DNA of 64,000 bases from an uncultured Bifidobacterium sp. (GCA_964387855.1 CAYLYA010000008.1:3404-67403); one strand, 5' to 3'; shown: positions 1-11,200, numbered from the stretch's first letter. The notes: generated by a model not told the origin, from the letters alone. Numbers and translations: made by a program.

Positions 1-333
1 TGTGTTCACAACTAGACATCCTCGAACTGCAAGTTCTGGATCACTTCGAAATGTGTCTGCCAGGACTTTGAGGTATCGCGGCAACGCTTGTGCTCCTGGT
101 TCGAAGGCCTCTAAATCTCTTAACGTGGGTTCGATAGTTGTTTCGTTGTAACGAGCCAGGGCGGCATCAAAAAGTTGGCGCTTGTTTCCAAATGCAGTGT
201 AAAGACTCGAACGAGAAAGATGAGTTGCCTTCTCCAAGTCACTCATCGACGTGGCCTCGTATCCGCGGGCCCAGAAAGCATCCAATATTGAGTCGCGCGC
301 CGGACTGAATTCAAATTCTCTTGGCCTGGCCAC
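1..333 (-). CDS. TetR/AcrR-family transcriptional regulator (N-terminal part only; gene runs off the window edge)
   Basis: Not in the ORF track because there is no stop in the window. My reverse-strand translation from GTG (333-331) gives MARPREFEFSPARDSILDAFWARGYEATSMSDLEKATHLSRSSLYTAFGNKRQLF..., a typical TetR N-terminal HTH. It is divergent from the hydrolase gene. Confidence 0.8.
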   Translation of the reverse strand, partial: MARPREFEFSPARDSILDAFWARGYEATSMSDLEKATHLSRSSLYTAFGNKRQLFDAALARYNETTIEPTLRDLEAFEPGAQALPRYLKVLADTFRSDPELAVRGCLVVNT

Positions 334-354
334 GGGATCTCCTTTGACAGTTTC

Positions 355-401
355 GAACCGATCGGTACATAATACACCTAAATTATGAACCGATCGGTAC
401 A
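355..401. promoter_or_regulatory. Two direct copies of GAACCGATCGGTACA (core palindrome ACCGATCGGT); candidate TetR operators
   Basis: Identical 15-mers at 355-369 and 387-401 lie in the 80-nt divergent region between the TetR gene and the hydrolase gene. The second copy sits just upstream of the RBS AGAAAGAGGAG. Confidence 0.45.
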
Positions 402-413
402 GAAAGAGGAGAT

Positions 414-1307
414 ATGAATCTAAATACCCACCGAGCTCGCCTCCATAGGCTGGCCGTGAACGGCGGAACCATTGCTTATCTTGATGAGGGTCCGCGTGAG
501 GGAATCCCCGTCGTTCTGATCCATGGAATGCCAACTTCGTCTTTTCTCTACCGAAATGTCTCAAGCCAACTCGTAAATGATGGATTTCGCGTGATTGCCC
601 CCGACCTTCTTGGCTTTGGCGCAAGTGACAAGCCGAAAGGCCACGAGATTTACTCGATGGCCAATCAATCTGAGCGAATCATCAAATTGCTGGATCACCT
701 AAAGATTTCTAGGGCAATCTTCACGGGCCACGATCTTGGCGGTCCATGGGTCTTTGAAATCGCAGATCGCCACCCGGAGAAGATCGCCGGATTGGTTGTA
801 CTGAATACATCTGCATACGCCGAACTAATGAAGCCGCCGCTTCAGGCGCGCATGATAGGTGGCCCGATGGGTCCCATGATGCTCAAGGTGATGGGGTCAA
901 AAATGGGTAAGCCGATGATCCACAAATTTTTCGTCGATTTCACGGGCACGGGAAAGGCTCTCAGAAACGAAGTGAGTTACGGATATTGGCTGCCATTGCA
1001 TGAAGGCGGGACCCGTGCATTCCGTGCTTTCGCCAAAGAACTCAAAAACATGATGGCGCAGTTCTCTCGCTATTCAAATGCCCTAAAACGTCTTGATGTG
1101 CCTGCAATATTGATTTGGGGCGGAAAGGATCCTGTTTTGCGTTTTGAGTGGATTGTTCCCAGATTTGCCGCCGACTTGAAAATCAAATCGGCAGATGTAC
1201 ATGTGCTCTCGAGTGCAAGTCATTTTCTCCAGGAAGATCAACCCGACGAGATTGCAGCGCACATCTCCTCTTTCCTACGCTCTCGAAGTGCCGATTTTCA
1301 ATCTTGA
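414..1307 (+). CDS. Alpha/beta-fold hydrolase (haloalkane-dehalogenase-like subfamily)
   Basis: 297 aa. It has HGMPTSSFLYR (oxyanion region) and GHDLGG (nucleophile elbow with Asp), with an HFLQED-type C-terminal His region. An RBS precedes the ATG at 414. Confidence 0.85.
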   Translation: MNLNTHRARLHRLAVNGGTIAYLDEGPREGIPVVLIHGMPTSSFLYRNVSSQLVNDGFRVIAPDLLGFGASDKPKGHEIYSMANQSERIIKLLDHLKISRAIFTGHDLGGPWVFEIADRHPEKIAGLVVLNTSAYAELMKPPLQARMIGGPMGPMMLKVMGSKMGKPMIHKFFVDFTGTGKALRNEVSYGYWLPLHEGGTRAFRAFAKELKNMMAQFSRYSNALKRLDVPAILIWGGKDPVLRFEWIVPRFAADLKIKSADVHVLSSASHFLQEDQPDEIAAHISSFLRSRSADFQS

Positions 1308-1320
1308 AGTAAAGTTAATC

Positions 1321-1911
1321 ATGATCAATTCCTCGAGACGGATGACGATCGCCGGAGCAATTGTGGTTCTTGCCGCGGCGATTCTCGCTGGATGCGCAAC
1401 CCAGACTCCTGCAGAGAGAAATCAATCGCCCATTGCAACTCCGACCGCAATACCTTCGCACACTCTTTCGACCGCCAATTCGATCACCTACTCCAATACT
1501 CACTATGGTTTCACTTTCACTTTGCCTCTGAGTTGGACGGGCTACAAAGAGGTGGTATCACGTTGGGAGGGATTGAGCGTCGCAACTGGCGCAGTCATAG
1601 AGACTGGCCAGCAGATTTCAATCAGGCACCCTCTGTGGACTTCGGCAAAGAAGAGACAAGACATTCCGATCATGATCTTCATGATTAGCCAGTGGAATGA
1701 CCTCATTGCCGAGAAATTCCATATTGGTGCGGCACCAATCCCACCTAGTGAACTCGGTCGGAATGCGGCCTACGTGTTTGCCCTACCAGCTCGCTATAAC
1801 TACGCGTTCTCGACGGGATATCGGGAGGTTGAACAAATCCTCCAGGGCAATCCTCTGCACCCCACTTGGGACTTAAAGCCGACTCCACCTCCGAAGAAAC
1901 TAGTTCCCTAG
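1321..1911 (+). CDS. Lipoprotein of unknown function
   Basis: The ORF 1195..1911 was trimmed to the ATG at 1321. This gives [25 protein letters not shown], a signal peptide plus lipobox LAGC. The longer start would overlap the hydrolase gene. Confidence 0.7.
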   Translation: MINSSRRMTIAGAIVVLAAAILAGCATQTPAERNQSPIATPTAIPSHTLSTANSITYSNTHYGFTFTLPLSWTGYKEVVSRWEGLSVATGAVIETGQQISIRHPLWTSAKKRQDIPIMIFMISQWNDLIAEKFHIGAAPIPPSELGRNAAYVFALPARYNYAFSTGYREVEQILQGNPLHPTWDLKPTPPPKKLVP

Positions 1912-1943
1912 ACGGCTCTCCATTTGCAGGCTTAAACTCCGCC

Positions 1944-3308
1944 ATGACTTCACGCGCTGATCACAAGATCCTCCTTGACGAATCCGAAATGCCCACCCAG
2001 TGGTACAACTTGATCGCGGACCTTCCATCACCACCGCCACCGCCGCTTCACCCTGGAACCCACGAGCCGATCGGACCGGAAGCGCTCGCACCGTTGTTCC
2101 CCATGGATTTGATCATGCAAGAAGTCACGACCGACCGCTACGTCGATATTCCGCAAGAAGTCCAAGACATTTACAAACTATGGCGTCCATCCCCACTCTT
2201 TCGTGCCCACCGTCTTGAGAAGGCACTCGGCACACCCGCACGTATCTATTACAAGTACGAAGGCGTAAGCCCTGCTGGTTCGCACAAGCCAAACACCGCA
2301 GTTCCTCAGGCCTATTACAACGCCAAAGCAGGAATCAAGAAGTTAACGACCGAGACAGGGGCTGGCCAATGGGGCACTGCCCTTGCATTTGCAGGCGCAC
2401 TCTTTGGAATCGACGTCGAGGTCTGGCAAGTAGGTGCCTCCTTCGATCAGAAGCCGTACCGCCGCATGATGATGGAAGTTTTCGGTGCCAGCGTTCACCG
2501 CTCGCCATCAATGCTCACCCAAGCAGGACGCAACCAACTCGCATTGAACCCAAACCACACAGGATCCCTCGGTATCGCTATCAGCGAAGCTGTTGAAGTC
2601 GCCGCCCAAGACCCCGCCGTTGGTTACGCACTCGGCAGCGTTCTCAATCACGTTCTTCTCCACCAGACAATCATCGGTGAAGAGGCTCTCAGGCAATTCG
2701 CCAAGGTTGGTGACTATCCAGACGTCGTCGTCGGCTGCACTGGTGGCGGATCCAACTTCGCAGGACTCTCATTTCCATTCATTCGTGAGAACCTTAAGAA
2801 CGGCAAGAACACCAAGATTCGCGGAGTAGAACCAGCATCATGCCCATCACTTACTCGCGGCGAATACCGCTACGACTTTGGCGACACCGCTGGCATGACA
2901 CCATTAATGAAGATGCACACTCTTGGTCACGACTTTGTGCCAGATCCAATTCACGCCGGCGGACTTCGTTACCACGGCATGGCCCCTTTGATCTCGCACG
3001 TGTACGAACTCGGTCTCATGGATGCTGTTGCAATGGGCCAACTCGATTGCTTCGCGGCTGGCGTTCAATTCGCCCGCACCGAAGGAATCGTTCCGGCTCC
3101 TGAACCAACGCACGCTTTGGCAGAGATCATTCGCCAGGCAAAGGAATGTAAAGAGACGGGTGAAGAGAAGGTACTTCTCACCGCACTTTGCGGTCACGGT
3201 CACTTTGATCTCGCGGCGTACGACGCATTCCTGGGTGGCACGATGATTGATCACGAGCTTTCTGAGGCGTCAATCCAAGCGGCGTTGGAGACGGTGCCAA
3301 GGATTTAG
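1944..3308 (+). CDS. TrpB-like PLP-dependent enzyme (tryptophan synthase beta chain 2 / TrpB2 type)
   Basis: [49 protein letters not shown] and [11 protein letters not shown] are TrpB2-family signatures. The start was trimmed to the ATG at 1944. No other trp genes are adjacent. Confidence 0.85.
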   Translation: MTSRADHKILLDESEMPTQWYNLIADLPSPPPPPLHPGTHEPIGPEALAPLFPMDLIMQEVTTDRYVDIPQEVQDIYKLWRPSPLFRAHRLEKALGTPARIYYKYEGVSPAGSHKPNTAVPQAYYNAKAGIKKLTTETGAGQWGTALAFAGALFGIDVEVWQVGASFDQKPYRRMMMEVFGASVHRSPSMLTQAGRNQLALNPNHTGSLGIAISEAVEVAAQDPAVGYALGSVLNHVLLHQTIIGEEALRQFAKVGDYPDVVVGCTGGGSNFAGLSFPFIRENLKNGKNTKIRGVEPASCPSLTRGEYRYDFGDTAGMTPLMKMHTLGHDFVPDPIHAGGLRYHGMAPLISHVYELGLMDAVAMGQLDCFAAGVQFARTEGIVPAPEPTHALAEIIRQAKECKETGEEKVLLTALCGHGHFDLAAYDAFLGGTMIDHELSEASIQAALETVPRI

Positions 3309-3805
3309 GCGGTCTTTTTGAGTGATATTCCCAATTGACTGGCGATCGGCAGCAAACCACCAAGCAAGTGCCGCGGTTGTTTCAAGATCTATTCAGGAAA
3401 CGATGCAAGAAAGGTTTGAGTTCCATTTAAGTTCACGTGGGGTGAGATGAAGAGTGTCGCACGCAATTCGCTACGGGGACACAGTCCAGTCTCTCGAGTT
3501 TTTGCCATGGTCTGTGCCCTGTCTTTGGAAGACTGTGCGAACGACGGTGAGGATTCTTTTTGCGGTGAGTCCAAGTTCGGGCCAGAACCTCTTCTTAACT
3601 CAATGCGTTCATCGTTTTAGAACCTTCGATCAGAGATTTTTCGGTCGTCAGTGCTCGAACGCCCTTTGCCACAGAAGTCAAATGTGCCGGACATGGTTTC
3701 TATTCCATTAGCTGAAAGAGTACGCAAAAAGAGTGTCTGGTCATTCTTTTGTTATTTGCTGGACTGCTTCGTAATGTCCTCCTAGACTCCTAACTTCGGC
3801 AGAAT

Positions 3806-5164
3806 GTGACTGCTAATTGCGGGCGGAGAGGGGTGGACGGATTGTTATACGCGACCGGCACAGGTCCTTTCTTGAATAAAGCGCAGATATTGAGAATCGC
3901 AGACCGACTTGAAGACCCTTCCGAGTGGATAGAACGACGTGTTGAGTCTTTGACCTTCCTTGATGATGGAACCACTAGACGGCGAGTGAGTTTTGATTTT
4001 GTTGTTCCTCCTGAATTTCTTTTTCTTGGCTTTATACCGGTGGCAATCTTTAGAAAACAGGATTTGACGGCGCTTGACGTTCGCGCCGCCGACGGAAAAG
4101 CAATTTCGGTATTGACGAGTTATGACGCGGAGGATTTGGCTATTCGCCTTCTTCGGGCTGGAGTAAAGGTGCCAGTGACGGAGGAGATTGACTTGCTCAT
4201 AGAGGAAATAGTCCTCTTCGACTCATCCACCATGGATGATGCCGCCATAAAACAAGAGGAAATTCTTTACGGGAAGTATCTTGACGTCATTAAACCCAAG
4301 AAATCAGCCGATTTTCTGAAACTTGCTCAAATATTGCTACGTACTTTTATTTTGTGGGTGCAATTACCCGATGAAGTGAAGGCTTACCAACGGATGATCG
4401 TGAAAGTTTCTTACGAAGAAGCGTTTCCCTTTGAAGGGACATTTCCACCACGCCCACTGCAGACAATTGTTCACCCCAATTGGTCTTCACGTTTTCATTT
4501 TGAAGTGACCGCGCCGCCAGATTTGAAAATAGCCGTACTCACCGTGAGAAGCGCTAATGCGTCGAATCACTTACTCATATCTGAAAAACCAGCCAGCGGA
4601 GCAAAATCGCAAGGAGAGACAGAGTCTTTTGAATTGCTTGCCAGAAGTCCTGATGGACCCTCGCAAGTGGGCCATGTTTCAATGTACGGATTTCGAGATG
4701 ATCCTCCAGCCCAAGTTGATATCGAGATTATTCCATCTCCGGGTGGCACGATGAGAATTTCAAGCATGGCATCGTTTTGTACGATGTTGGTTTTTTTGAT
4801 TCCAGCAGGCTTCAAGGTCTTCGGGTTGGGGTTTCTCGCGACGCCAAAAGACGGAACTGCAGCCGCGATACTTCTGCTTGGTCCAGCTTTATTAGTTGCC
4901 TATCTGGCAAGGTCTCCCGAGCATCCAATCGTTGCACATAGGTTACGCGGCGCTAGGTACTCACTGCTCGCGTCCGGGGGATTTTTGATGAGCGCGGCTG
5001 CTTTACTTGGTGGCATAGTAAGTGAACAATGGCTGAGAGTTCTCTGGTACTTGCTTACCGGATTCTCGGCTTCCGCTTTTGCAGTGTATGTTGATTGGGC
5101 AAGACGTTCAAGAATTTCCCTAAAGGGTTTTAATTGGCTTCACCGAAGAAGCAATGAGGTCTAG
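3806..5164 (+). CDS. Orphan protein: about 330-aa soluble N-terminal region plus four C-terminal transmembrane segments
   Basis: 452-aa ORF with no motif I recognise. Hydrophobic segments are SMASFCTMLVFLIPAGFKVFGLGFL, AAAILLLGPALLVAYLA, YSLLASGGFLMSAAALLGGIV and LRVLWYLLTGFSASAFAVYVDW. The start is uncertain: GTG 3806, GTG 3833 or TTG 3842, the last two following GGAGAGGG. Confidence 0.6.
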   Translation: MTANCGRRGVDGLLYATGTGPFLNKAQILRIADRLEDPSEWIERRVESLTFLDDGTTRRRVSFDFVVPPEFLFLGFIPVAIFRKQDLTALDVRAADGKAISVLTSYDAEDLAIRLLRAGVKVPVTEEIDLLIEEIVLFDSSTMDDAAIKQEEILYGKYLDVIKPKKSADFLKLAQILLRTFILWVQLPDEVKAYQRMIVKVSYEEAFPFEGTFPPRPLQTIVHPNWSSRFHFEVTAPPDLKIAVLTVRSANASNHLLISEKPASGAKSQGETESFELLARSPDGPSQVGHVSMYGFRDDPPAQVDIEIIPSPGGTMRISSMASFCTMLVFLIPAGFKVFGLGFLATPKDGTAAAILLLGPALLVAYLARSPEHPIVAHRLRGARYSLLASGGFLMSAAALLGGIVSEQWLRVLWYLLTGFSASAFAVYVDWARRSRISLKGFNWLHRRSNEV

Positions 5165-5189
5165 TATCACAAGTGAAGGGGGCACCGTT

Positions 5190-5402
5190 ATGGAAGGTCG
5201 CAGCATCAGAAGGGTAAAGCGAACGCGTACCAGTCGAGCCCATATTCTCATTCCCTCAAATGCCCGGTACACGACGTTACCGAGTGCTGACGTATTGCTT
5301 GACCCCAAAATGGTTGAGGAGATTTTGGCCGCGCACAGCAAGCCAGATCACTCTACGGACGAAGAGAAGCACGTCGTTGGGACTCACGCTTCTCATAAGT
5401 AA
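5190..5402 (+). CDS. Small basic hypothetical protein (70 aa)
   Basis: ATG at 5190 is preceded by GAAGGGGG. It lies immediately downstream of the 452-aa ORF on the same strand. There is no recognisable motif and coding status is uncertain. Confidence 0.3.
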   Translation: MEGRSIRRVKRTRTSRAHILIPSNARYTTLPSADVLLDPKMVEEILAAHSKPDHSTDEEKHVVGTHASHK

Positions 5403-5472
5403 ATGGATTTGTTATTTGGTAGAAGAGGCTATTGATTGAGAGAATTTGGCCACCGAGTCCTCGACGAAAATC

Positions 5473-8181
5473 CTAACCGGTATTTCGAAGACCTGCGGCG
5501 ATCCCATTGATGGTAAGAAGCAATGCTCTGCGAAGGAGTGGATCAGAAGTTGTATCTGAAGAACGGACGCGCTCCAAGAGGTTGACTTGCAATAGATGCA
5601 AGGGGGCAAGGTAGGCATCACGTACACCCAATGTACGTGCAAGCAGGGGCTGGTCACCAAGGAGTTCAGTTTTTCCAGTTAGTTTTAGAATTTCGGTCTT
5701 GGTCAGTTCAAACTCGGCAGTGATCGTGTCCAAGAAGTGATGAAGTGGTTCAGGCGTAAGTCGCGTTACGTAGCGGCGAGCGGTGTCTAAATCTGTCTTG
5801 GTTAGAGTCATTTCTACATTGCTTATAAACGTGCGGAAGAAATGCCACTCCTTAAGCATTTGCGCGAGAACTTTAGTCTTTCCGGATTCGCGAGCTGCCT
5901 TGAGTCCGCTGCCGACGCCGAACCATCCAGGAACAATTTGGCGCGATTGCGTCCAACCGAATACCCAGGGGATGGCACGAAGACCTTCTAGTCCGATGCT
6001 GGCATCGGGTCGACGAGAAGGACGAGAACCAAGGAAGAGATCACCGAGTTGCTCGACCGGAGTGGAGGCGTAGAAATACGCGGGAAGATCTGGATGATCG
6101 ATCAGTGTTCGGTATTGCTTGAACGAATTCTCGCTGACGAGGTCCATGCACTCATCCCACTTCTTCAAATCTTCTGGACTTTGGCGAGGTCCGCGGTTAA
6201 GGACCGTTGCCTCAAGGGCGGCAGCAAGTGAGAGTTCGATATTTTCACGTGCAAGTGCGGGAAGAGAATATTTATCGCTGATGACCTCGCCTTGCTCGGT
6301 CATTTTGATCTGACCGTCAATGGAGCCCCACGGCAAAGCGATCAATGCGTCATAGGTCGGTCCACCGCCACGACCGACAGAACCGCCACGACCGTGGAAA
6401 AGGCGGAGCTTCACGCCGTACCTGATGGCGACGTTGCGAAGCCTTCGCTGTGCGCGGTGAATCTCCCATTGGCTGGTAGCAATCCCAGCGTCTTTGTTGG
6501 AGTCGGAATAACCCAACATGACTTCTTGAGTATTTCCGCGGAGTTCAACGAGTTTTCTGTAGGTGGGCTGGCTTAGAAGCGATTCAAGAATGACGTCGGC
6601 GGAACGAAGTTCTGCAACGGTTTCTAGCAAAGGGGCAAAGCCAATAAGTGCCTTACCTTTTGCGATGTTTACTAGCCCCGCTTCTTTTGCAAGGACGACT
6701 GCAGCTAGTAGATCGTCGCCGTTCTTAGTCATGGAGACGATGTAGGTCTCGATCGCTTCGGGGCCAAAACGTTCGATGAGATCGCCAATGGCTTTGAATG
6801 TATCAAGTGTTTTCTTGCCTTGCGCATCCAAACCATCGGCGAGGTAGTAGTAAGGGTGGTCCAACTCCTTGGCAAGTACCTCTAGACGTTGCGCGGGCGC
6901 GAGTTCTTTGTAGTTTGGAACTTCGAGAAGTTGGGCAAGTGCGTGGTGGTGGGCTTGGGCATGTTCGCGGATGTCCATCGTGGCGTGGGTGAGGCCGAAG
7001 GCAGATACCGCGCGAATTGTGCGCTCCAGAAGGCCTGTGGCGATGAGTTCGCCCTTGTGCGCGAATAGTGAATCGCGCATTACCGTGAGGTCTGCGAGAA
7101 GTTCGTGGGTGTCTTTGTAATCGCGATGTGGAATGTGGGCTGCACCCCTTGCATGGCGCGTTCGGGTGAGGTTGAGGCGATGGACGATCGCGGTGGCCTT
7201 GAGACGGTAAGGCTCCTCGGCGTTGAGGCGACGGTAGCGCGCTTCAATTTCAGGAATATTGGCGATGTCTTGCGCGAGGGAATCTTCAAGTTCTTTTGAT
7301 GCCCCAGCGATACGGGTTGATACAGAGAGAACTTGTCGAATCTCATCCATCGCCGCAAGGGTGACACGAATCGCGTGGCCGACTTGAAGAACCATAGTTT
7401 CGCGGGTGACATCGGGTGTGACGTTGGGGTTTCCGTCGCGGTCGCCGCCGATCCAGGTGCCGAAGGAGAGTGGGCGTGAAGTTGGTGAGACTGCGACTCC
7501 AACGCGCCTTAATTCGCGGGCGAATTCATCGAGTACTTCAGGGACCGTGAATTTGAATAGGTCATCAAGGTAATACAGGGCGTTCATCGCTTCGTCGAGT
7601 GGCTCAGGTTGGCCAAGGCGTAGCTCGTCTGTTTGCCAGAGAAGATCAACGGTCTCACCAAGGCGACGAGATTGAAGTGCGGATGATTCTTGATCCAGAA
7701 GGTCGGCGACTTGTCCGAGCTTTCCTAGAACTGAACGACGTGCAGCTTCTGTTGGGTGTGCGGTGAAAACGGGACGGACTGAGAAGTCCGCGAGCCAGTG
7801 TGCGATGTCTTCGTTTGTGATCTCGTGACCTGCAACCGGATGCTCTTTTGCGTCAATGATCTTGTCGACTGCGCGTGAGAGCCATGATCCGGATTCTTCG
7901 CGCTCTTCGTCGAGGATGCGCGAGCGGTGAACTTGCTCTGCGATGTTTGCAAGATGGAAGTAGGTGCTGAAGGCGCGAACGAGTTGAACGGATTCATCGA
8001 CGCTGACGTTCGCGAGAAGTTCTTCTCCGCCACCTTCACGAACTGCTTTGCGGACGGACTCAACGAGATCGAGAAGCGCGGGTCCTTCTTGGCGAACGAG
8101 GGTCTGCCCCAGAAGATCGCCGAGTTTGCGCACATCCGCGCGTAGTTCAGCGTCGTCGTTTGTCGCATCGTGGGCTGACAT
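5473..8181 (-). CDS. ppc: Phosphoenolpyruvate carboxylase
   Basis: 902 aa with VFTAHPTE, GYSDSNKDAG, FHGRGGSVGRGGGP and a C-terminal ...GLRNTG, all canonical PEPC motifs. Confidence 0.95.
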   Translation of the reverse strand: MSAHDATNDDAELRADVRKLGDLLGQTLVRQEGPALLDLVESVRKAVREGGGEELLANVSVDESVQLVRAFSTYFHLANIAEQVHRSRILDEEREESGSWLSRAVDKIIDAKEHPVAGHEITNEDIAHWLADFSVRPVFTAHPTEAARRSVLGKLGQVADLLDQESSALQSRRLGETVDLLWQTDELRLGQPEPLDEAMNALYYLDDLFKFTVPEVLDEFARELRRVGVAVSPTSRPLSFGTWIGGDRDGNPNVTPDVTRETMVLQVGHAIRVTLAAMDEIRQVLSVSTRIAGASKELEDSLAQDIANIPEIEARYRRLNAEEPYRLKATAIVHRLNLTRTRHARGAAHIPHRDYKDTHELLADLTVMRDSLFAHKGELIATGLLERTIRAVSAFGLTHATMDIREHAQAHHHALAQLLEVPNYKELAPAQRLEVLAKELDHPYYYLADGLDAQGKKTLDTFKAIGDLIERFGPEAIETYIVSMTKNGDDLLAAVVLAKEAGLVNIAKGKALIGFAPLLETVAELRSADVILESLLSQPTYRKLVELRGNTQEVMLGYSDSNKDAGIATSQWEIHRAQRRLRNVAIRYGVKLRLFHGRGGSVGRGGGPTYDALIALPWGSIDGQIKMTEQGEVISDKYSLPALARENIELSLAAALEATVLNRGPRQSPEDLKKWDECMDLVSENSFKQYRTLIDHPDLPAYFYASTPVEQLGDLFLGSRPSRRPDASIGLEGLRAIPWVFGWTQSRQIVPGWFGVGSGLKAARESGKTKVLAQMLKEWHFFRTFISNVEMTLTKTDLDTARRYVTRLTPEPLHHFLDTITAEFELTKTEILKLTGKTELLGDQPLLARTLGVRDAYLAPLHLLQVNLLERVRSSDTTSDPLLRRALLLTINGIAAGLRNTG

Positions 8182-8278
8182 GAGGCTAATCCTCTCAAGA
8201 GTTCTGCTCTAGAATGGCTCTGCCCCCTCCCGGTTTGGGAGTTGGGGCTTATTGGCATTTGAAGGTGAGGTCGCAACG

Positions 8279-11200
8279 ATGCGGGGATTGCTGCCTGCTC
8301 TTTCTGCCTCGAAGGATATCAGTGAAGCCATCACTGCCACGGGGTCATTGGTTGCCCCGACCTCGATTTACCCATTCCTGATTGCGTTAAGGGCGCAAGA
8401 ACGCCCCCTGATCGTCGTGACTTCATCGAGCCGCGGCGCCGAGGATCTCGCGACCGAACTGCGGACTCTGCATGAGAACGTCTATGAATTCCCCGCGTGG
8501 GAGACGCTGCCACATGAGCGGTTGAGCCCGCGAAGTGACACCGTGGCCAAGAGAATCCATGTTCTGTACGAGATAGAAAAACAGCGCCGCGAGGGCACTT
8601 CTACCCACCCCATCATCGTCACGCCGTCGCGCGGGCTGATCCATCGCTTTATCGCCGATCTCGCCAAGTCCCCGCTGATGGAGTTGGAGATCGGCCAGGA
8701 AATCGGGTTGGAGAAACTTGTCAACCATCTTTCTGCGCTGGCCTATTCGAGAACCGACCTTGTCGAACGTCGCGGGGAGTTCGCAGTCCGCGGAGGAATC
8801 GTCGACATCTTCTTGCCGTTGTCGGATCACCCGGTGCGCGTGGATTTCTTCGGCGACGAGATCGAAGAGCTGAGTTATTTCGAAGTTGCCGACCAGCGGA
8901 CTTTTAATCCGGTGGTCGGTGCCTTGCACATCTATCCATGCCGCGAGTTGCTGCTGACCGAGAGCGTGAAAGAGCGAGCATTGAGGATCCCCGTGAGATA
9001 TCCGGCGGCGAAAGAGATCTGCGAACGTTTGGCTGAGGGAATCGTCACCGAAGGCATGGAGTCCTTGATTCCTCTATTGGTTGATGACCAGCAAAGCATT
9101 CTTGAGCGTGCATTGCCAAACACTGAAGTCATCTTTATTGAGCAAGAGCGCATTCGTTCGCGCTCTGCAGATTTGCTGGCGACCAACGAAGAATTCTTGG
9201 CGGCCTCATGGTCCAATGCCGCCTTCGGTGGAGAAGCGCCGTTGTATGACGGGCAAGAGACATATCTGACGTGGGATGAGATCCAGCAACAGCTGAGCGA
9301 TCTTGGTATCTCGTCGCGAAACTACAGTCCGTTCGGCAGCGACTTGGAAGAGGATGTCATCTTCTTAGATGCGACTCCGATTGAACCGATGCGGGGCAAC
9401 ACCGACAGGGCCGTTGAGATCATCAGCGATTCCTTGTTGCACAACCATTCCGTAGTCTTCTCCGCCCTTGGCTCAGGTATGGCCGAGCGTTTTGCCGACA
9501 TCTTCAGAAATGCTGACCTACCAGTGCGGATGGTCTCTGAAATAGCCGGTCAACCAGTGCACGGCACTGTTTACGTGACGACGTCGAAGTTGAGCCACGG
9601 CTTCCTGTCCCACGCAGCATCGCTGCTATTCATGACGGAACGCGACCTTTCGGGTCATAAAGGGAGCGGTAAAGACGGGGACGCTCTTCCCTCCCGTCGA
9701 AAGCAGGCGATCGATCCTCTGGAATTGAAGACTGGTGATTACGTCGTCCACGAGCAGCACGGCATCGGTCGCTACATAGAACTAGTACATAGGACGATCG
9801 GAACAATCACCCGCGAATATCTGGTCATTGAGTACGCATCTGCAAAGCGTGGACAGCCGGGCGATCGAGTCTTTGTGCCAACCGATTCTTTGGAGCAGGT
9901 GAGCAAGTACGTCGGCGGCGAAGCGCCGACCGTGCACCGCATCGGCAGCGGTGACTGGCAAAAGGCGAAGGGACGTGCACGCAAAGCAGTACGTCAGATC
10001 GCAGGGGAATTGATCCGCCTTTATGCAGCGCGCACGAGCACGCCCGGCTATGCCTTCTCACCCGATACTCCGTGGCAGAGAGAACTAGAAGATGCCTTCT
10101 CCTACATTGAGACGCCAGATCAGCTTTCAACGATTGAAGAAGTAAAACGCGATATGGAGAAGCCTTACCCGATGGACCGCATCATTTGCGGCGACGTGGG
10201 ATACGGAAAGACCGAGATCGCGATTCGGGCAGCCTTCAAAGCAGTGCAAGATGGCAAGCAGGTTGCAGTCCTCGTGCCGACCACTCTTCTTGTGCAGCAG
10301 CACTCAGCAACCTTCACCGAGAGGTATTCAGGATTCCCCGTGAAGGTCGCTGGTCTTTCACGGTTTAACTCAGCCAAAGAGAGCAAAGAGATCCTGAAGG
10401 ATCTTGAGACGGGGTCGGTCGATGTTATCATCGGAACACACAGACTTCTTTCGCAGGATGTTGTCTTCAAAGATTTGGGACTTGTCATTGTCGATGAAGA
10501 ACAGCGCTTCGGAGTGGAGCAGAAGGAATCGCTGAAGAAATTACGCACCTCTGTAGATGTTTTGGCGATGTCGGCGACGCCGATCCCTCGAACCCTTGAG
10601 ATGGCAGTCACTGGAATCCGCGAGATGTCGACGATTACAACTCCTCCTGAGGAGCGCCATCCGATTTTGACCTACGTTGGCCCAAGCGAGGATGCACAGA
10701 TCAGCGCGGCAATCAGGCGAGAACTCTTACGTGACGGCCAGGTCTTCTATATTCACAACCGCGTCGAGTCGATTGATCAGGCGGCATCGAAATTGCAGAC
10801 CCTGATTCCCGAGGCGCGTATACGCGTGGCACATGGGCAGATGGGCGAGCATCAACTTGAGGACGTCATTCTTGGTTTCTGGAACCGCGACTTCGATGTT
10901 CTCGTCTGCACGACGATTGTCGAGAGTGGTCTAGATATCTCCAATGCGAACACATTGATCGTCGAGCGCTCGGATCGCTTCGGCCTCTCGCAACTTCACC
11001 AATTGCGTGGACGAGTGGGCCGTGGCCGCGAACGCGCATACGCGTACTTCCTTTACCCCTCCGATACCCCGCTCTCCGAAGTCGCTATCGATCGGTTGAA
11101 GACGATCGCTGCGAACACTGACCTTGGCTCTGGCATGCGCGTTGCGTTGAAGGATCTTGAAATTCGCGGCGCCGGCAATTTGTTGGGCGGGGAGCAATCG

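Noticed and set aside
1195-1320. The upstream extension of the lipoprotein ORF (track start 1195)
   Set aside because: The extension overlaps the 3' end of the hydrolase gene by more than 100 nt. The ATG at 1321 gives a canonical signal peptide and lipobox immediately.
3389-3711. Short ORFs (3389..3574 minus, 3454..3711 plus) and fragmentary minus-strand frames in the 500-bp gap after the TrpB2-like gene
   Set aside because: They have no RBS, a Cys/Arg-rich composition and no recognisable motif. I could not reconstruct a pseudogene of known family, so the region is treated as non-coding or decayed sequence within finding 1.
7080-8276. Antisense or alternative-frame ORFs inside ppc (7080..7502, 7725..8276). 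Similar shadow ORFs lie inside mfd (8423..8929, 10931..11593), the SurA-like gene (11655..12347), putA (42607..43485), the MDR gene (20920..21594) and opposite DUF3817/uppS (29800..30402)
   Set aside because: All overlap genes with unambiguous conserved motifs, are rich in Arg/Ser/Cys/Pro, and lack RBSs. These are typical stop-poor frames in GC-rich coding sequence.
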